From assembly GCA_963663735.2 (NCBI GenBank), contig CAXXHN010000002.1, positions 522,880 to 586,879 of the forward strand: a DNA stretch of 64,000 bases. Reading direction: 5' to 3'. Source of the stretch: Acidobacteriota bacterium (GTDB lineage: Bacteria > Acidobacteriota > UBA6911 > RPQK01 > JAPXNP01). Below the pieces are notes generated by a model that saw only the letters and a list, made by a program, of their open reading frames with translations, was not told the origin of the DNA and did not search any database. The position numbers were made by a program, and so were the translations under genes. Shown in pieces: positions 46,078-55,580 of the stretch; within the stretch, counting starts at the first letter, position 1, and the number at the start of each line of letters is the position of its first letter.

Positions 46078-47547
46078 TCAAGGATTTATTGCTTTCCGTT
46101 CTTCCCAGGACATCCTTTCCGGGCCATGCCCCCAGTACTTTTTCCCGAGTTCACAGAAGTCTCCCTGGGATAACATTTCATTCTTCAGCAACTCCCTCAA
46201 CTCAGCCTGTTTTTCTTTCCACAAATCCCCGCCTGCCAGGTTATCGAGTTCCAGCGGATCCTCACTGACGTTAAAGAGCTGTTCCGTGATTTTCCCGTTG
46301 ACGTTGTAGACGATCAGTTTGAATTCTTCTTTGCGGATAGCCCTTTGCAGGTCAGCATAAGCCGCAAAGAGGTGCGGCCTGCCCGGGTCTTCTCCCCGCA
46401 TGGACGGCAGGATCGAATGACCGCTGACTGAGGCCGGAGTTTCCAGGCCGGCCAGGTCGCAGAGGGTTGGAAATACGTCAAGCAGGTAGCAGTAGGCACC
46501 GCTTCTGGAGTTCCTGGTTATCCCTGGTCCGGAGATCACCAGGGGAACCCTGATGCTGTGATCATACAGGTTCTGCTTGCCCAGGAGCCCGTGCTGTCCA
46601 AGCGCCAGACCATTATCTCCGGCAAAAACTATTATTGTGTTTTCATAATTCCCGGTTTCTTTGAGTGCCGCCAGAATCCTTCCTATCTGGTAATCCACCT
46701 CGCTGATCATCCCGTAATAGGAAGCAATTTCGCCCCTGACTGCATCTTCCGTTCGGGGGTGGGGAACCAGGACCTCGTCCCTGATTCTCAGTTCACCATT
46801 GTCAAAGGGGTGTTCAGGTTTGAAATTTTCAGGGAGGCTGACATCATCGGCAGTGTAGTTTTGACCATATTCTATTGGTGGAGTCCGGGGATCGTGCGGG
46901 GAGGTAAAGGAAACATAAGCAAAGAACGGAGCTTCGGCGCCGTCTTGTTTTTCCAGGAAATCCACTGCCGCGTCGGCATAATATATGGAAGAAAACTTAT
47001 CTCCCCAGAATGCTTTTTCTTCAGGGTATTCTCCGGTTTCGTCAAAGTGGTTGAGAAACGGCCGGAAATGACCGTTTGTTTCATAACTGTGCATTCCTCC
47101 GAAAAATATATTATCTCCCGTGGAGAAACAACGGTGGTAGGCCTCCCTTCCGTTGTGCCACTTTCCGGTGCCAAAAGTTGTGTAACCATTGGACCTGAAA
47201 TGTTCAGGCATCATGATATCCTCGGGGGGAATGTAGGAAGCATCCTGGTGCATCTGGAAGAGACTTTTTCCGGTCATCAGCATACCCCGGCTGGGCATGC
47301 AGACCGCACCTCCCAGGGCCCCCATTATCTGGGTATGGGTGAAGGTTATTCCGGAACGAACCAGGATATCCATATTGGGAGTAAGAATCTCGCTGTTACC
47401 AAGTTCAGCGACGGCATTAAATCTCTGGTCGTCAGTAAACAGGATCAGGATATTTGGTTTTGCGGGCAAAGGCTGCTCCTGGACTGCGGAGGTACAGCCG
47501 GCCAGGAGCGTTAACAACAGAAGGGCAGTGATTCCTTTAATTTCCAT
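46078..47547 (-). CDS. Cys-type sulfatase, lipoprotein signal
   Basis: 489 aa: LLLTLLAGCTS lipobox, PNILILFTDDQR, CMPSRGMLMTGK (C-x-P-x-R formylglycine motif). Confidence 0.88.
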   Translation of the reverse strand: MEIKGITALLLLTLLAGCTSAVQEQPLPAKPNILILFTDDQRFNAVAELGNSEILTPNMDILVRSGITFTHTQIMGALGGAVCMPSRGMLMTGKSLFQMHQDASYIPPEDIMMPEHFRSNGYTTFGTGKWHNGREAYHRCFSTGDNIFFGGMHSYETNGHFRPFLNHFDETGEYPEEKAFWGDKFSSIYYADAAVDFLEKQDGAEAPFFAYVSFTSPHDPRTPPIEYGQNYTADDVSLPENFKPEHPFDNGELRIRDEVLVPHPRTEDAVRGEIASYYGMISEVDYQIGRILAALKETGNYENTIIVFAGDNGLALGQHGLLGKQNLYDHSIRVPLVISGPGITRNSRSGAYCYLLDVFPTLCDLAGLETPASVSGHSILPSMRGEDPGRPHLFAAYADLQRAIRKEEFKLIVYNVNGKITEQLFNVSEDPLELDNLAGGDLWKEKQAELRELLKNEMLSQGDFCELGKKYWGHGPERMSWEERKAINP

Positions 47548-47656
47548 GATGATTCAGATCATAAAGCGAATGGCTGCCAAAATCCATAGATGCCTGGATA
47601 ATTGAATGTTTCCAGTCCCCTCCGAAAAAAGGAATGCTGGAGCATCGGCATATCAT

Positions 47657-48343
47657 TTAGTCTGCCGCAGTAATGTCTCCGGAACCATTAATGTCACTCT
47701 TGACATCAGCAGGATTACCCTTGTATTTGACTTCTCCACTCCCGTTTATTTCAACATCCAGGGAGGTTGAGGCGGTTATTTCCACATCGCCTGAGCCATT
47801 GATTTCAACCGATGCTTTTTCCGCAAACAGCTTGAACAGGTGGATATCGCCGGAGCCATTAATTTCAGCCATGACGGTTTCAGCTTCACCGATTCCTGAT
47901 ATGTCTCCTGATCCATCAATTTCCACCTTTACAAGCTCTTTGGTTACATCCGTAAAAACAATATCACCCGAACCGGAAACGTAAGCGCCTTTTATTTCAG
48001 GGATCTCCAGGTAGACCTTGAGGTCAGTGTAGGAAGTAAGGGACATTCCATGTTTGAAGTAGATTCGAAGCCTGCCTCTGCTGACCTCTGTCTTCAACAG
48101 GGGGATTACATTGTCATCACCTTCAACCGTGCATTTGACGGAATCACCTTTTAAGATTTCAACGTTCATGCTGCCTTCTAGCAGGACCTCGTCAAAAGCA
48201 GGCAGGCTGCGGTCTTCCTTTATGATCTGGCCTGATCCGACGATAATTTCCCCTCCGACAGAACGGACTAAAATCTCTGCAGGATCGCAGGCGGCTGAAA
48301 ACATGACCAATATGGAGACAAATAAGATCAACGGTTTTTTCAT
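47657..48343 (-). CDS. DUF2807 (head-GIN-domain, beta-helix-like) lipoprotein
   Basis: 228 aa. Signal plus Cys (FSAACDP). Repeated GSGDI / INGSGD(I/V) motifs. Confidence 0.75.
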   Translation of the reverse strand: MKKPLILFVSILVMFSAACDPAEILVRSVGGEIIVGSGQIIKEDRSLPAFDEVLLEGSMNVEILKGDSVKCTVEGDDNVIPLLKTEVSRGRLRIYFKHGMSLTSYTDLKVYLEIPEIKGAYVSGSGDIVFTDVTKELVKVEIDGSGDISGIGEAETVMAEINGSGDIHLFKLFAEKASVEINGSGDVEITASTSLDVEINGSGEVKYKGNPADVKSDINGSGDITAAD

Positions 48344-48391
48344 TTGCTCTACTCCCCTCAGCCGGAATCGGCTGATACCTGATTTTGATTA

Positions 48392-49645
48392 TTATTCATA
48401 ATGAAGAGCTTCGACCGGATTAAGCCTGGAAGCCTTGAGTGCCGGGATGAATCCGGCCAGTAGTCCCACTACTGTCAGTATTACCGTGGAGATAAGTGCT
48501 GCCTGCGTTGATACCAGCATGTGAATATCTCCCTGGCCTGAAGCATCTCCATTTATGGCGCTTACGAAAGGTATGGTTCCAATGATTTCACAGGTGACAA
48601 TGGAGAGGAGGAAACCAATAATCCCTCCTGCCAGGGCAATTGTCATTGCCTCCAGGAGAAACTGGGTAAGGATATGCCTTCGCCTTGCGCCTATGGCCAT
48701 CAACAGTCCTATTTCCCGGGTTCTTTCTGTTACGGATACCAGCATGATATTCATCAACCCGACTCCCCCGATGGCCAGGGTAAGGACACCGATAAACATC
48801 ATTAGACCTTCCATTCCCACGCTGAAATTGGTGAGTGTCTTTTCGAATTCTCCCCAGGATCTGATAAAAACAGCTTTTTCATCGTTGGGATCAAATTTAT
48901 GGTTTCTGGCCAATACCGACCTGATCTGCTTTATGGCCTGGGGTTCCATTGATACGTTGCCTATCTGGAGCACGATGACGCTCATGTATCGGATCTGGTT
49001 GAGGGAAGCCATGGCAGTGTAGGGGATGAAAAGGCAGAGGTCGTCGCTGCGGAAGTAACTGGACATCTGAATTTTTTTGCTCAGGATACCGATAATGGTG
49101 AAGGGGACTCCGCTGATCCTGACTTCTTCTCCCAGGGCGCTGGAGCCGGGAAAAAGCTTCTCATAAATATCCCAGCCGACGATGGCAACCCGCCGTCCAT
49201 ATTGAACATCTTCAGCTGAAATGAGGCGGCCCTCTTTCAGGTAGTGCCCCCTTATCATTCCGTATTCATGGTTGACTCCCCTGATTCCGGCTTCAGTCTG
49301 GCGGCGGAAGTTTTTGACTGTATATTCGCGGAAAACTTCAGGGCTGGCAGCGGAAACCAGGGGGCAGTTTCGGCGGATGTCCTCAACATCCCTTAATTCG
49401 GTACTAATCCACTTTCCGGCCTTCATTCCGCCCTGCTGAGTACTGGTCTGTCCATTCCATACAATTATCGCCCTGTCGCCGAAATGTTTCATACCGACCT
49501 TGAGCGCGTTTCCGAAACCCTGGCCGAATGCCAGCAGCACAACGAAACATACGATGCCCCAGCTGATTCCGGAAAGGGTTAACAAGGCCCTGGTCCGGTC
49601 GTGCATCAGGCTGCTGAACGCTTTCACTACTACTTCAAATAACAT
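48392..49645 (-). CDS. MacB/FtsX-type ABC transporter permease (no ATPase domain)
   Basis: 417 aa. N-terminal TM helix, large periplasmic domain, C-terminal FtsX four-helix region (ERTREIGLLMAIGARRRHI). Confidence 0.85.
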   Translation of the reverse strand: MLFEVVVKAFSSLMHDRTRALLTLSGISWGIVCFVVLLAFGQGFGNALKVGMKHFGDRAIIVWNGQTSTQQGGMKAGKWISTELRDVEDIRRNCPLVSAASPEVFREYTVKNFRRQTEAGIRGVNHEYGMIRGHYLKEGRLISAEDVQYGRRVAIVGWDIYEKLFPGSSALGEEVRISGVPFTIIGILSKKIQMSSYFRSDDLCLFIPYTAMASLNQIRYMSVIVLQIGNVSMEPQAIKQIRSVLARNHKFDPNDEKAVFIRSWGEFEKTLTNFSVGMEGLMMFIGVLTLAIGGVGLMNIMLVSVTERTREIGLLMAIGARRRHILTQFLLEAMTIALAGGIIGFLLSIVTCEIIGTIPFVSAINGDASGQGDIHMLVSTQAALISTVILTVVGLLAGFIPALKASRLNPVEALHYE

Positions 49646-49746
49646 GGGATTAGGTCCTTAACTGCTTCTCAGGTGTTGCCGCTGTATATAACTTCATGAA
49701 ATTTAAAACTGAATATTGAGATATCAGTGTTTCAAAAGGAACGAAT

Positions 49747-51003
49747 TTAACTTGCCTCCCATCTGAGTGCGTCAATCGGATCCATCTGCGACGCGATCCA
49801 GGCAGGATATATGCCTGAAACCAGCCCGGAAAGACAGAGAATTAAAACAACCATCCAGGCGATTGCGGGCGAAATGATCAAGCCGGAGAACATTGTTGGC
49901 ATTGGCAGGGAATTAACAACCCAGGCCATGGATAATATAAGGATCAAGCCAACACCTCCCGCGATAAAGGTCAGGGTAAGTGCCTCAGAGATGAACTGGA
50001 ACATTATGTCCCTGTGTCTGGCTCCCAGTGCTTTTCTCAATCCGATTTCGCTGGTTCTTTCCCTGACTGAGACCAGCATGATGTTGGTTATGCCCAGAGC
50101 CCCCAGGAGGACGGTGACTATGCCAACGGCCCCCATAAATATTTGGGTCATACGAAAAAGCTGGACGGTGAACTCCAGGCCTTCACCGGTATTCCAGATA
50201 CTTAACGCGTCTTCATCATCCGGATGAAACCTCTTTTTTCTGCCGAGGATCTGCCTGACTTCTTTTTCTCCCGCTTCCCAGTCTTCATGCCGGTAGGGGA
50301 CGGCAATCAGGTTATTAAGGCTTTCCTTGCCTGCGGCAGCACCGGGTCTGGGGAACAGTTTCCTCATTGTCTGGTAGGGAATAAATATGGAACTGTGATC
50401 CTGGCCCGAGTAGTTACTGTTCATTTCCTTATAGGGGAGGATTCCGGCAATAGTGAAGGTGTGATCCCCTATCCTGATTTCTTCACCTACCGAGTTCTTC
50501 CCATTGAAGAGCTGATCATTAACCTCTGAACCAATAATTGCCACCTGTCTCCGCTGATCTTCATCAGTGTGGTTCAGGACCCGTCCCTGGTTGGCGACTA
50601 CCATGCGCATATACTGGTACTGGGGTTCGACTCCGCGGACAGCAAAAGCTCCTGCATTAAAACTGGAACGCACTGTCAGGTCCCATCGCATCAGCTCAGC
50701 GCTGATTGACTTGATGAGGCTGGACTTGTTTCGGATTTCCAGGCAGTCTGAGTATTCGAGCCGGATATCCCTTCCCATCTGCCCCTGGTCGGATTGCATG
50801 GAGGTTTTTCCGCCCCAGATGATAATGATATCCGTGCCCAGAGTAGCGGATGACTCTTTTTGTCCTTTGATGAAACCCTCTCCAACGGAAGTCATCAGGA
50901 CAATGGAAAATATTCCCCAGGATATCCCGAACATGGTGAGAATACTCCGCAGCTTATTACCGAAAAGGGTTTGTATGGCCTGACTGAATAAAGATAACCG
51001 CAT
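49747..51003 (-). CDS. MacB/FtsX-type ABC transporter permease (second paralogue, no ATPase domain)
   Basis: 418 aa, same architecture (ERTSEIGLRKALGARHRDI). Confidence 0.85.
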   Translation of the reverse strand: MRLSLFSQAIQTLFGNKLRSILTMFGISWGIFSIVLMTSVGEGFIKGQKESSATLGTDIIIIWGGKTSMQSDQGQMGRDIRLEYSDCLEIRNKSSLIKSISAELMRWDLTVRSSFNAGAFAVRGVEPQYQYMRMVVANQGRVLNHTDEDQRRQVAIIGSEVNDQLFNGKNSVGEEIRIGDHTFTIAGILPYKEMNSNYSGQDHSSIFIPYQTMRKLFPRPGAAAGKESLNNLIAVPYRHEDWEAGEKEVRQILGRKKRFHPDDEDALSIWNTGEGLEFTVQLFRMTQIFMGAVGIVTVLLGALGITNIMLVSVRERTSEIGLRKALGARHRDIMFQFISEALTLTFIAGGVGLILILSMAWVVNSLPMPTMFSGLIISPAIAWMVVLILCLSGLVSGIYPAWIASQMDPIDALRWEAS

Positions 51004-51047
51004 ATTTTATTCCCTGATAGGCTGCCTGGAAAGCGGCCTGAGCCTTT

Positions 51048-52316
51048 CTACATATTGTCCTGGTTAACCTGGATGACTACCTTATCTCCATCTTTCAGTC
51101 CTGAAACCACCTCGGTGAGGGTTCCATTGCTCAAGCCGGCTTCAATCGGCACCTTGCGCATCATTGTCTCTTCTTCAGGATCGTACAGCTGCACGAAGGG
51201 ATTGCGGCTTTCGTCATAGGAAATGGCGCTTTCCTTTACAAGGAGGATATCTTCCCTGGTTTCAATGATAATTTCAGCGTTGGCTGTCATCTGTGCCCGT
51301 AGTACAGCAGCTTCTTCATCCAGCGAAACCCTGGTTTCAAAACCTATTACATTCTCCTCTTCTTCACCCAGCGGAGAGATCTTTATTACTTTTCCGGGAA
51401 AGCTTGTATCCCTGAAAGCGTCGACTTTGATCCGGCTTTTCATTCCTTCGGTAACCATCCCGATATCAGTTTCATCGACTCTCCCTTCAAAGTAGACGCT
51501 CTCCATGTCTCCCAGGGTCATGATCAGGGTGGCCTGGGAACCCATTTGCAGGATGGATGAAACCGCGTCCCCTTCTTCAATATGCCGCTTCAGGACTGTA
51601 GCCGGTCGGGAAGATCGTATGGTTGCGTAGTGCAGGTTTTCCCTGGCCCGGTCTACGGTTGCCGCCGCCTGGGTAACTTCCGCTTCTGCCTTTAAAACTG
51701 CTTTTTGCGCGGCTTCAATTTCGGCATCCTGCATTAACAGTTCTGATTTGAGAGCACCCAGCTGGAAGGTGGAATCCTGGAGGATTCTCTCGGCTTCATC
51801 CATGTCATTGAGCGGAAGAAGCTTTTCTTCAAACAGTTTTTTATATCGTTCAATTCGTTTTCTGTTGTAATCCACCTTGTCCCGGAGATTCATCTGGTCC
51901 ATCTCCAGTTTCTCCTTGGATCGCTTCGCCATGGTTATGTTTGACTGTGCCTCCTGCAGGGCTGCTTCGACAGCCAGCAGGTTGGCTTCGGCTTCCCGCA
52001 GCTGGGCCCTCAATAATTCCTTGTCCAGTTCCAGCAGGATCTGCCCGGCAGCAACCGTGTCTCCTTCTTCAACAAGAATTTTCTCAACTATTCCGCTCGC
52101 CTTGGATTTTATTTCGATAGTGGATCGGGGAACGATGGAACCGGTTGCTACGACTAGTTTTTCAAGGGTGTCCCTGTTTGCTGTAAAAAGCTGGTCATCC
52201 GGGATTGAGACATTCTTAGAGAATATGATTCCAGTGCTGTATAAGGCTATAAAGATCACAACAGCCGTAATAACCAGGATGATAAACAGGTTCAGTTTTT
52301 TCTTCTTTTTGCTCAT
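51048..52316 (-). CDS. HlyD/MacA-type periplasmic adaptor (membrane fusion) protein
   Basis: 422 aa. N-terminal anchor, biotinyl/lipoyl-like motif, long coiled-coil hairpin (LRAQLREAEANLLAVEAALQEAQ...), beta-barrel C-terminus. Confidence 0.85.
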   Translation of the reverse strand: MSKKKKKLNLFIILVITAVVIFIALYSTGIIFSKNVSIPDDQLFTANRDTLEKLVVATGSIVPRSTIEIKSKASGIVEKILVEEGDTVAAGQILLELDKELLRAQLREAEANLLAVEAALQEAQSNITMAKRSKEKLEMDQMNLRDKVDYNRKRIERYKKLFEEKLLPLNDMDEAERILQDSTFQLGALKSELLMQDAEIEAAQKAVLKAEAEVTQAAATVDRARENLHYATIRSSRPATVLKRHIEEGDAVSSILQMGSQATLIMTLGDMESVYFEGRVDETDIGMVTEGMKSRIKVDAFRDTSFPGKVIKISPLGEEEENVIGFETRVSLDEEAAVLRAQMTANAEIIIETREDILLVKESAISYDESRNPFVQLYDPEEETMMRKVPIEAGLSNGTLTEVVSGLKDGDKVVIQVNQDNM

Positions 52317-52838
52317 GATATGCGCTCCAGTATGTATATTCCCCGATGCAGGGGCCTTCCCTCAGCTGTTTTGTCTCCGCAGCTATTTGGTGAAGACCAG
52401 GTTTATAATGTTCCTAACGGATCATGACCGGAGAAAGTTCAATCTGGTTTACCTGCGGACAAAATTCCGTCTGCTGACTTGAATCCAGCTGGAAAATCAT
52501 GCTCCTGGTTCACAAAAAGATGCCCCTTAAACTTCTCACTTCCCTGATTTTTTCACTCTCACCCCACAGCTTTCAGGTTCGGTATCATTCCTGCGGAAGT
52601 GCGAAGTGTCTTGTCACCTGCACCACCCACCTGTCGGCGGTGTTTGATTTTTAAGCTGTAAAGCTGTCTGGAAGGATTTCCCTGGCAAATTATCGAGCTC
52701 TGTCAAGGGCTAAACTGACCTGATATGGTTGTCACTTGGACCCTGGATAAATTAAACTACCTGAAGCAGAATAAAAGCCATTTGGCACATCAGCTAAACA
52801 GGCTGAAACCGAAAAGAAGGGGAAAGGTAATATCCAAA

Positions 52839-54032
52839 ATGATCAGCAGAATAGCAGAGGATCTATACGCTTCTGAATTAGAGGGAATCAGGGAAAAGGG
52901 ACTCTACAAGAAGGAAAGGGTCATCACGGCTCCCCAGGGGGCGGAGGTTGGAACTGAGGACGGGGCTGCCATTAATTTCTGCGCCAACAATTACCTGGGA
53001 ATGGCCAACGATCCCGAGATTGTGGAAGCCGCCAAAGGAGCGCTTGATAAATGGGGTTATGGTATGGCTTCAGTTCGCTTCATCTGCGGAACCCAATCCA
53101 TACATAAGCAGTTGGAAAGAGAGATAGCCGCGTTTTTCGGCAAGGATGATTCCATACTTTACGCCTCATGTTTCGATGCCAATGGCGGATTATTTGAAAC
53201 GATCCTGGGGCCTGAAGACGTGGTCATCAGCGATGCCCTGAACCATGCCAGCATAATTGACGGAGTCAGGCTCTGTAAAGCCCAGAGGAGGATCTACCAG
53301 CACGCTGACATGAACAGCCTTGAGGAACAGTTAAAGACTTCGTCCGAAGCGCGAATTAAACTAATTGCCACTGACGGGGTATTCAGCATGCATGGAGACC
53401 TTGCTCCCTTACCGGAGATTTGCGACCTGGCAGAGAAATATGAAGCCATGGTGATGATAGACGAATGCCATGCCACTGGATTTATCGGGAAAACCGGCCG
53501 GGGTACACCTGAGCATTTCGGGGTCGCTGACCGGATCGACATAATTACCAGTACCCTGGGCAAGGCGGTTGGGGGAGCTTCCGGAGGATTTACCACAGCC
53601 CGCCGGGAAATTGTCGATCTCCTCCGGCAGCGGTCCCGGCCTTATCTTTTCTCAAATTCCGTGGCCCCTTCCGTTGTCGCTGCTTCCATAAAGGCATTGG
53701 AGCTTATCGATTCCAGGAGAGACCTGATTCAGAAACTCCAGAAAAATACGAAGTATTTCCGCTCTGAAATGACGAGGCGCGGCTTCAACATCAAACCAGG
53801 GATTCATCCGATTGTGCCGATAATGATCGGCGAGGAAAAAACCACGGTGGAGATGGCGCGGTTATTGAATGAAAAAGGCATTTTTGTTGTAGGTTTCAGT
53901 TTCCCGGTAGTCCCGAAGGGCCAGGCCCGGATCAGGGTCCAGGTTTCAGCCGCCCACACCCAGGAACAGCTTGATCTGGCTATTGAGGCATTTACACAGA
54001 CCGGAAGAGTGGTTGGGCTTCTTCAGAACTGA
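52839..54032 (+). CDS. kbl: Glycine C-acetyltransferase (2-amino-3-ketobutyrate CoA ligase)
   Basis: Track ORF starts at 52725. I prefer the ATG at 52839 ([29 protein letters not shown]...; a 397-aa product; GAAGGGGAAAGG upstream). [11 protein letters not shown]..., SVRFICGTQ..., [10 protein letters not shown] (PLP Lys). Confidence 0.88.
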   Translation: MISRIAEDLYASELEGIREKGLYKKERVITAPQGAEVGTEDGAAINFCANNYLGMANDPEIVEAAKGALDKWGYGMASVRFICGTQSIHKQLEREIAAFFGKDDSILYASCFDANGGLFETILGPEDVVISDALNHASIIDGVRLCKAQRRIYQHADMNSLEEQLKTSSEARIKLIATDGVFSMHGDLAPLPEICDLAEKYEAMVMIDECHATGFIGKTGRGTPEHFGVADRIDIITSTLGKAVGGASGGFTTARREIVDLLRQRSRPYLFSNSVAPSVVAASIKALELIDSRRDLIQKLQKNTKYFRSEMTRRGFNIKPGIHPIVPIMIGEEKTTVEMARLLNEKGIFVVGFSFPVVPKGQARIRVQVSAAHTQEQLDLAIEAFTQTGRVVGLLQN

Positions 54033-54091
54033 CAGCCTGAGGCAGGTCCGGGAAAGCTGTTATAAATGAGACTCCATACATGATGCAGATA

Positions 54092-54138
54092 CCCTGAAAC
54101 AGGGACCCGCTTTACGCGGGGATTAACCTGTTTCAGGG
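54092..54138. terminator. Nested inverted repeat between convergent kbl and DUF1080 genes (possible bidirectional terminator; no U-tract)
   Basis: CCCTGAAACAGG (54092..54103) pairs perfectly with CCTGTTTCAGGG (54127..54138). The inner hairpin is CCCGC-TTTAC-GCGGG. Confidence 0.4.
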
Positions 54139-54193
54139 ATGGTTCCTTGATGGTTCCCGGAATTCATTTCTGTTTTTCGGGAGGTGTAGACAC

Positions 54194-54931
54194 TTAATCC
54201 AGAAGCTTGGCGGTCTGCTCAGGAGTGGTTATTCCCGGAGGCAGTTCCAGGATTTTAATGTTGCGGAAATGGATCTCCTTGCCTTCAGACTCCAGGCAGA
54301 GATAACCTTTCTTGACACTGGAATGGCTGACTCCATTAACAAATTTTCCGTTTACTGAGAGTTTGATTACCCCATCTACGGCTACTACATCGTAAACATT
54401 CCACTCACCTTTGCCCTTGCAGCGATTTTCAATAGATTTACTACGCCTCCCGCGAGGATTATCCGGAGTGGTTTTCATGTCTCCGGCTCCGAAAAGCTCC
54501 CCATGGACATAGGCAATTGGAGGTGTCACTCCATCCCGCACATTCTGGTTGACCCAGTCAAGTTCGAGCATCTGGATTTCCATGCCGGAAGGCAGGTTTT
54601 TGCCTTCCGGAACCTCTCCTTCGCTCCAGGCAAATACACCGGAGTTTCCGCCGGCTTCCATGTGCATCCATTCAATGTGAAGCAGAAAATTTTCGTACTG
54701 CCTGTCTGAGCGCATAACTCCGATCGGCATGCCCTTGCATATTAACAGGCCATCTTTGACATACCAGGTGTCTTCATCAGTATTGACATTTACCCATCCG
54801 GTCAGGTCTTTTCCGTTGAAGAGATCCCTCCACTGCGGCACGTCTTCAGCCAGGATGAAGCTGCTTAAGCTGAGGATGGTGGAGAGTAACACAACCGCCA
54901 TTACTGGCAGTCTTAAATAATTGTTTTTCAT
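54194..54931 (-). CDS. DUF1080 (3-keto-disaccharide-hydrolase-like) domain protein, exported
   Basis: 245 aa, with signal peptide. [14 protein letters not shown]...[14 protein letters not shown]...GNSGVF...[19 protein letters not shown]. Confidence 0.8.
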   Translation of the reverse strand: MKNNYLRLPVMAVVLLSTILSLSSFILAEDVPQWRDLFNGKDLTGWVNVNTDEDTWYVKDGLLICKGMPIGVMRSDRQYENFLLHIEWMHMEAGGNSGVFAWSEGEVPEGKNLPSGMEIQMLELDWVNQNVRDGVTPPIAYVHGELFGAGDMKTTPDNPRGRRSKSIENRCKGKGEWNVYDVVAVDGVIKLSVNGKFVNGVSHSSVKKGYLCLESEGKEIHFRNIKILELPPGITTPEQTAKLLD

Positions 54932-55298
54932 TTAAATATCCTTTCAGGGAATTTTATTTATATTAAGGAATCTTTTTGATCCAGGGGAAATATTACATGA
55001 GAGCTGAGCGGTAAGATAGTTTATTTATGGCCTGGTAAACCTGATTTTTACCCTGGATCTAACCGCGATGAGCAGTATGCCTGATTTTTGGCTGGCATCT
55101 TGATCTGGGCTTGGCGTCAAAATGCAGGAGAGCAAAAAACAGGGATATCAAGCGGCGAATGTTATTTGCGGCGTTAATATTCTGCCTGGTTGTCATCCCC
55201 AATAAACCAGTTTCTGAATCTTCATTTCCCGGCAGGGCATAACACTGATTAGCTTTCCGATTTTGAAATTTCCATGGCAGGGCTAAGGGAGGTGGAAA

Positions 55299-55493
55299 AT
55301 GGCTGTTAACAAACTTTCTGAAAAAACCAGATGTGACATTTCATATAGCGATATCGAGAAAAACACGAGAGAATTCCTGGAACTGGCAGCAGCACCAAGG
55401 TTTGTCTGCCGGAAGTGCAGGAGGATTGCAGTGGATAAAAAGAACCTTTGCAAACCAAAAAAACTTAAGGTCAAAGACGAAGAAAAAGAATGA
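55299..55493 (+). CDS. Small (64 aa) lysine-rich 4-Cys hypothetical protein
   Basis: Strong ribosome-binding site AAGGGAGGTGG 5 nt before the ATG. Sequence ...PRFVCRKCRRIAVDKKNLCKPKKLKVKDEEKE. No family recognised with certainty. Confidence 0.5.
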   Translation: MAVNKLSEKTRCDISYSDIEKNTREFLELAAAPRFVCRKCRRIAVDKKNLCKPKKLKVKDEEKE

Positions 55494-55580
55494 GAAAATC
55501 CAGGTAACCGCTGTCTTAAAACCGGGGCTGATTACTGGATATAACAGCCCCGGTATTTTAGGTAATTGTTATCAAGAAGC

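Noticed and set aside
45746-46081. 111-codon minus-strand ORF in the pruA/sulfatase spacer; I also tested the spacer as tRNA-Sec, RNase P RNA, SRP RNA and tmRNA
   Set aside because: The ORF overlaps the pruA 3' end and is rich in Pro/Gly/Ser/Arg. No UCA anticodon arm, no GAGGAAAGTCCGGGC-type RNase P box, no SRP GGAA/AGCA motif pair and no tmRNA termini were found.
52600-52838. Glycine riboswitch upstream of kbl, prompted by ACCGAAAAGAAGGGGAAAGG
   Set aside because: The paired CTCTGGAGAG / ACCGAAGGGGCAA aptamer cores are absent. The purine-rich stretch is better explained as the ribosome-binding site for the ATG at 52839.
52725-52838. The 38-codon N-terminal extension of kbl given by the ORF track
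   Set aside because: The extension ([38 protein letters not shown]) is not part of Kbl proteins. The internal ATG has a ribosome-binding site and gives the canonical length of about 398 aa.
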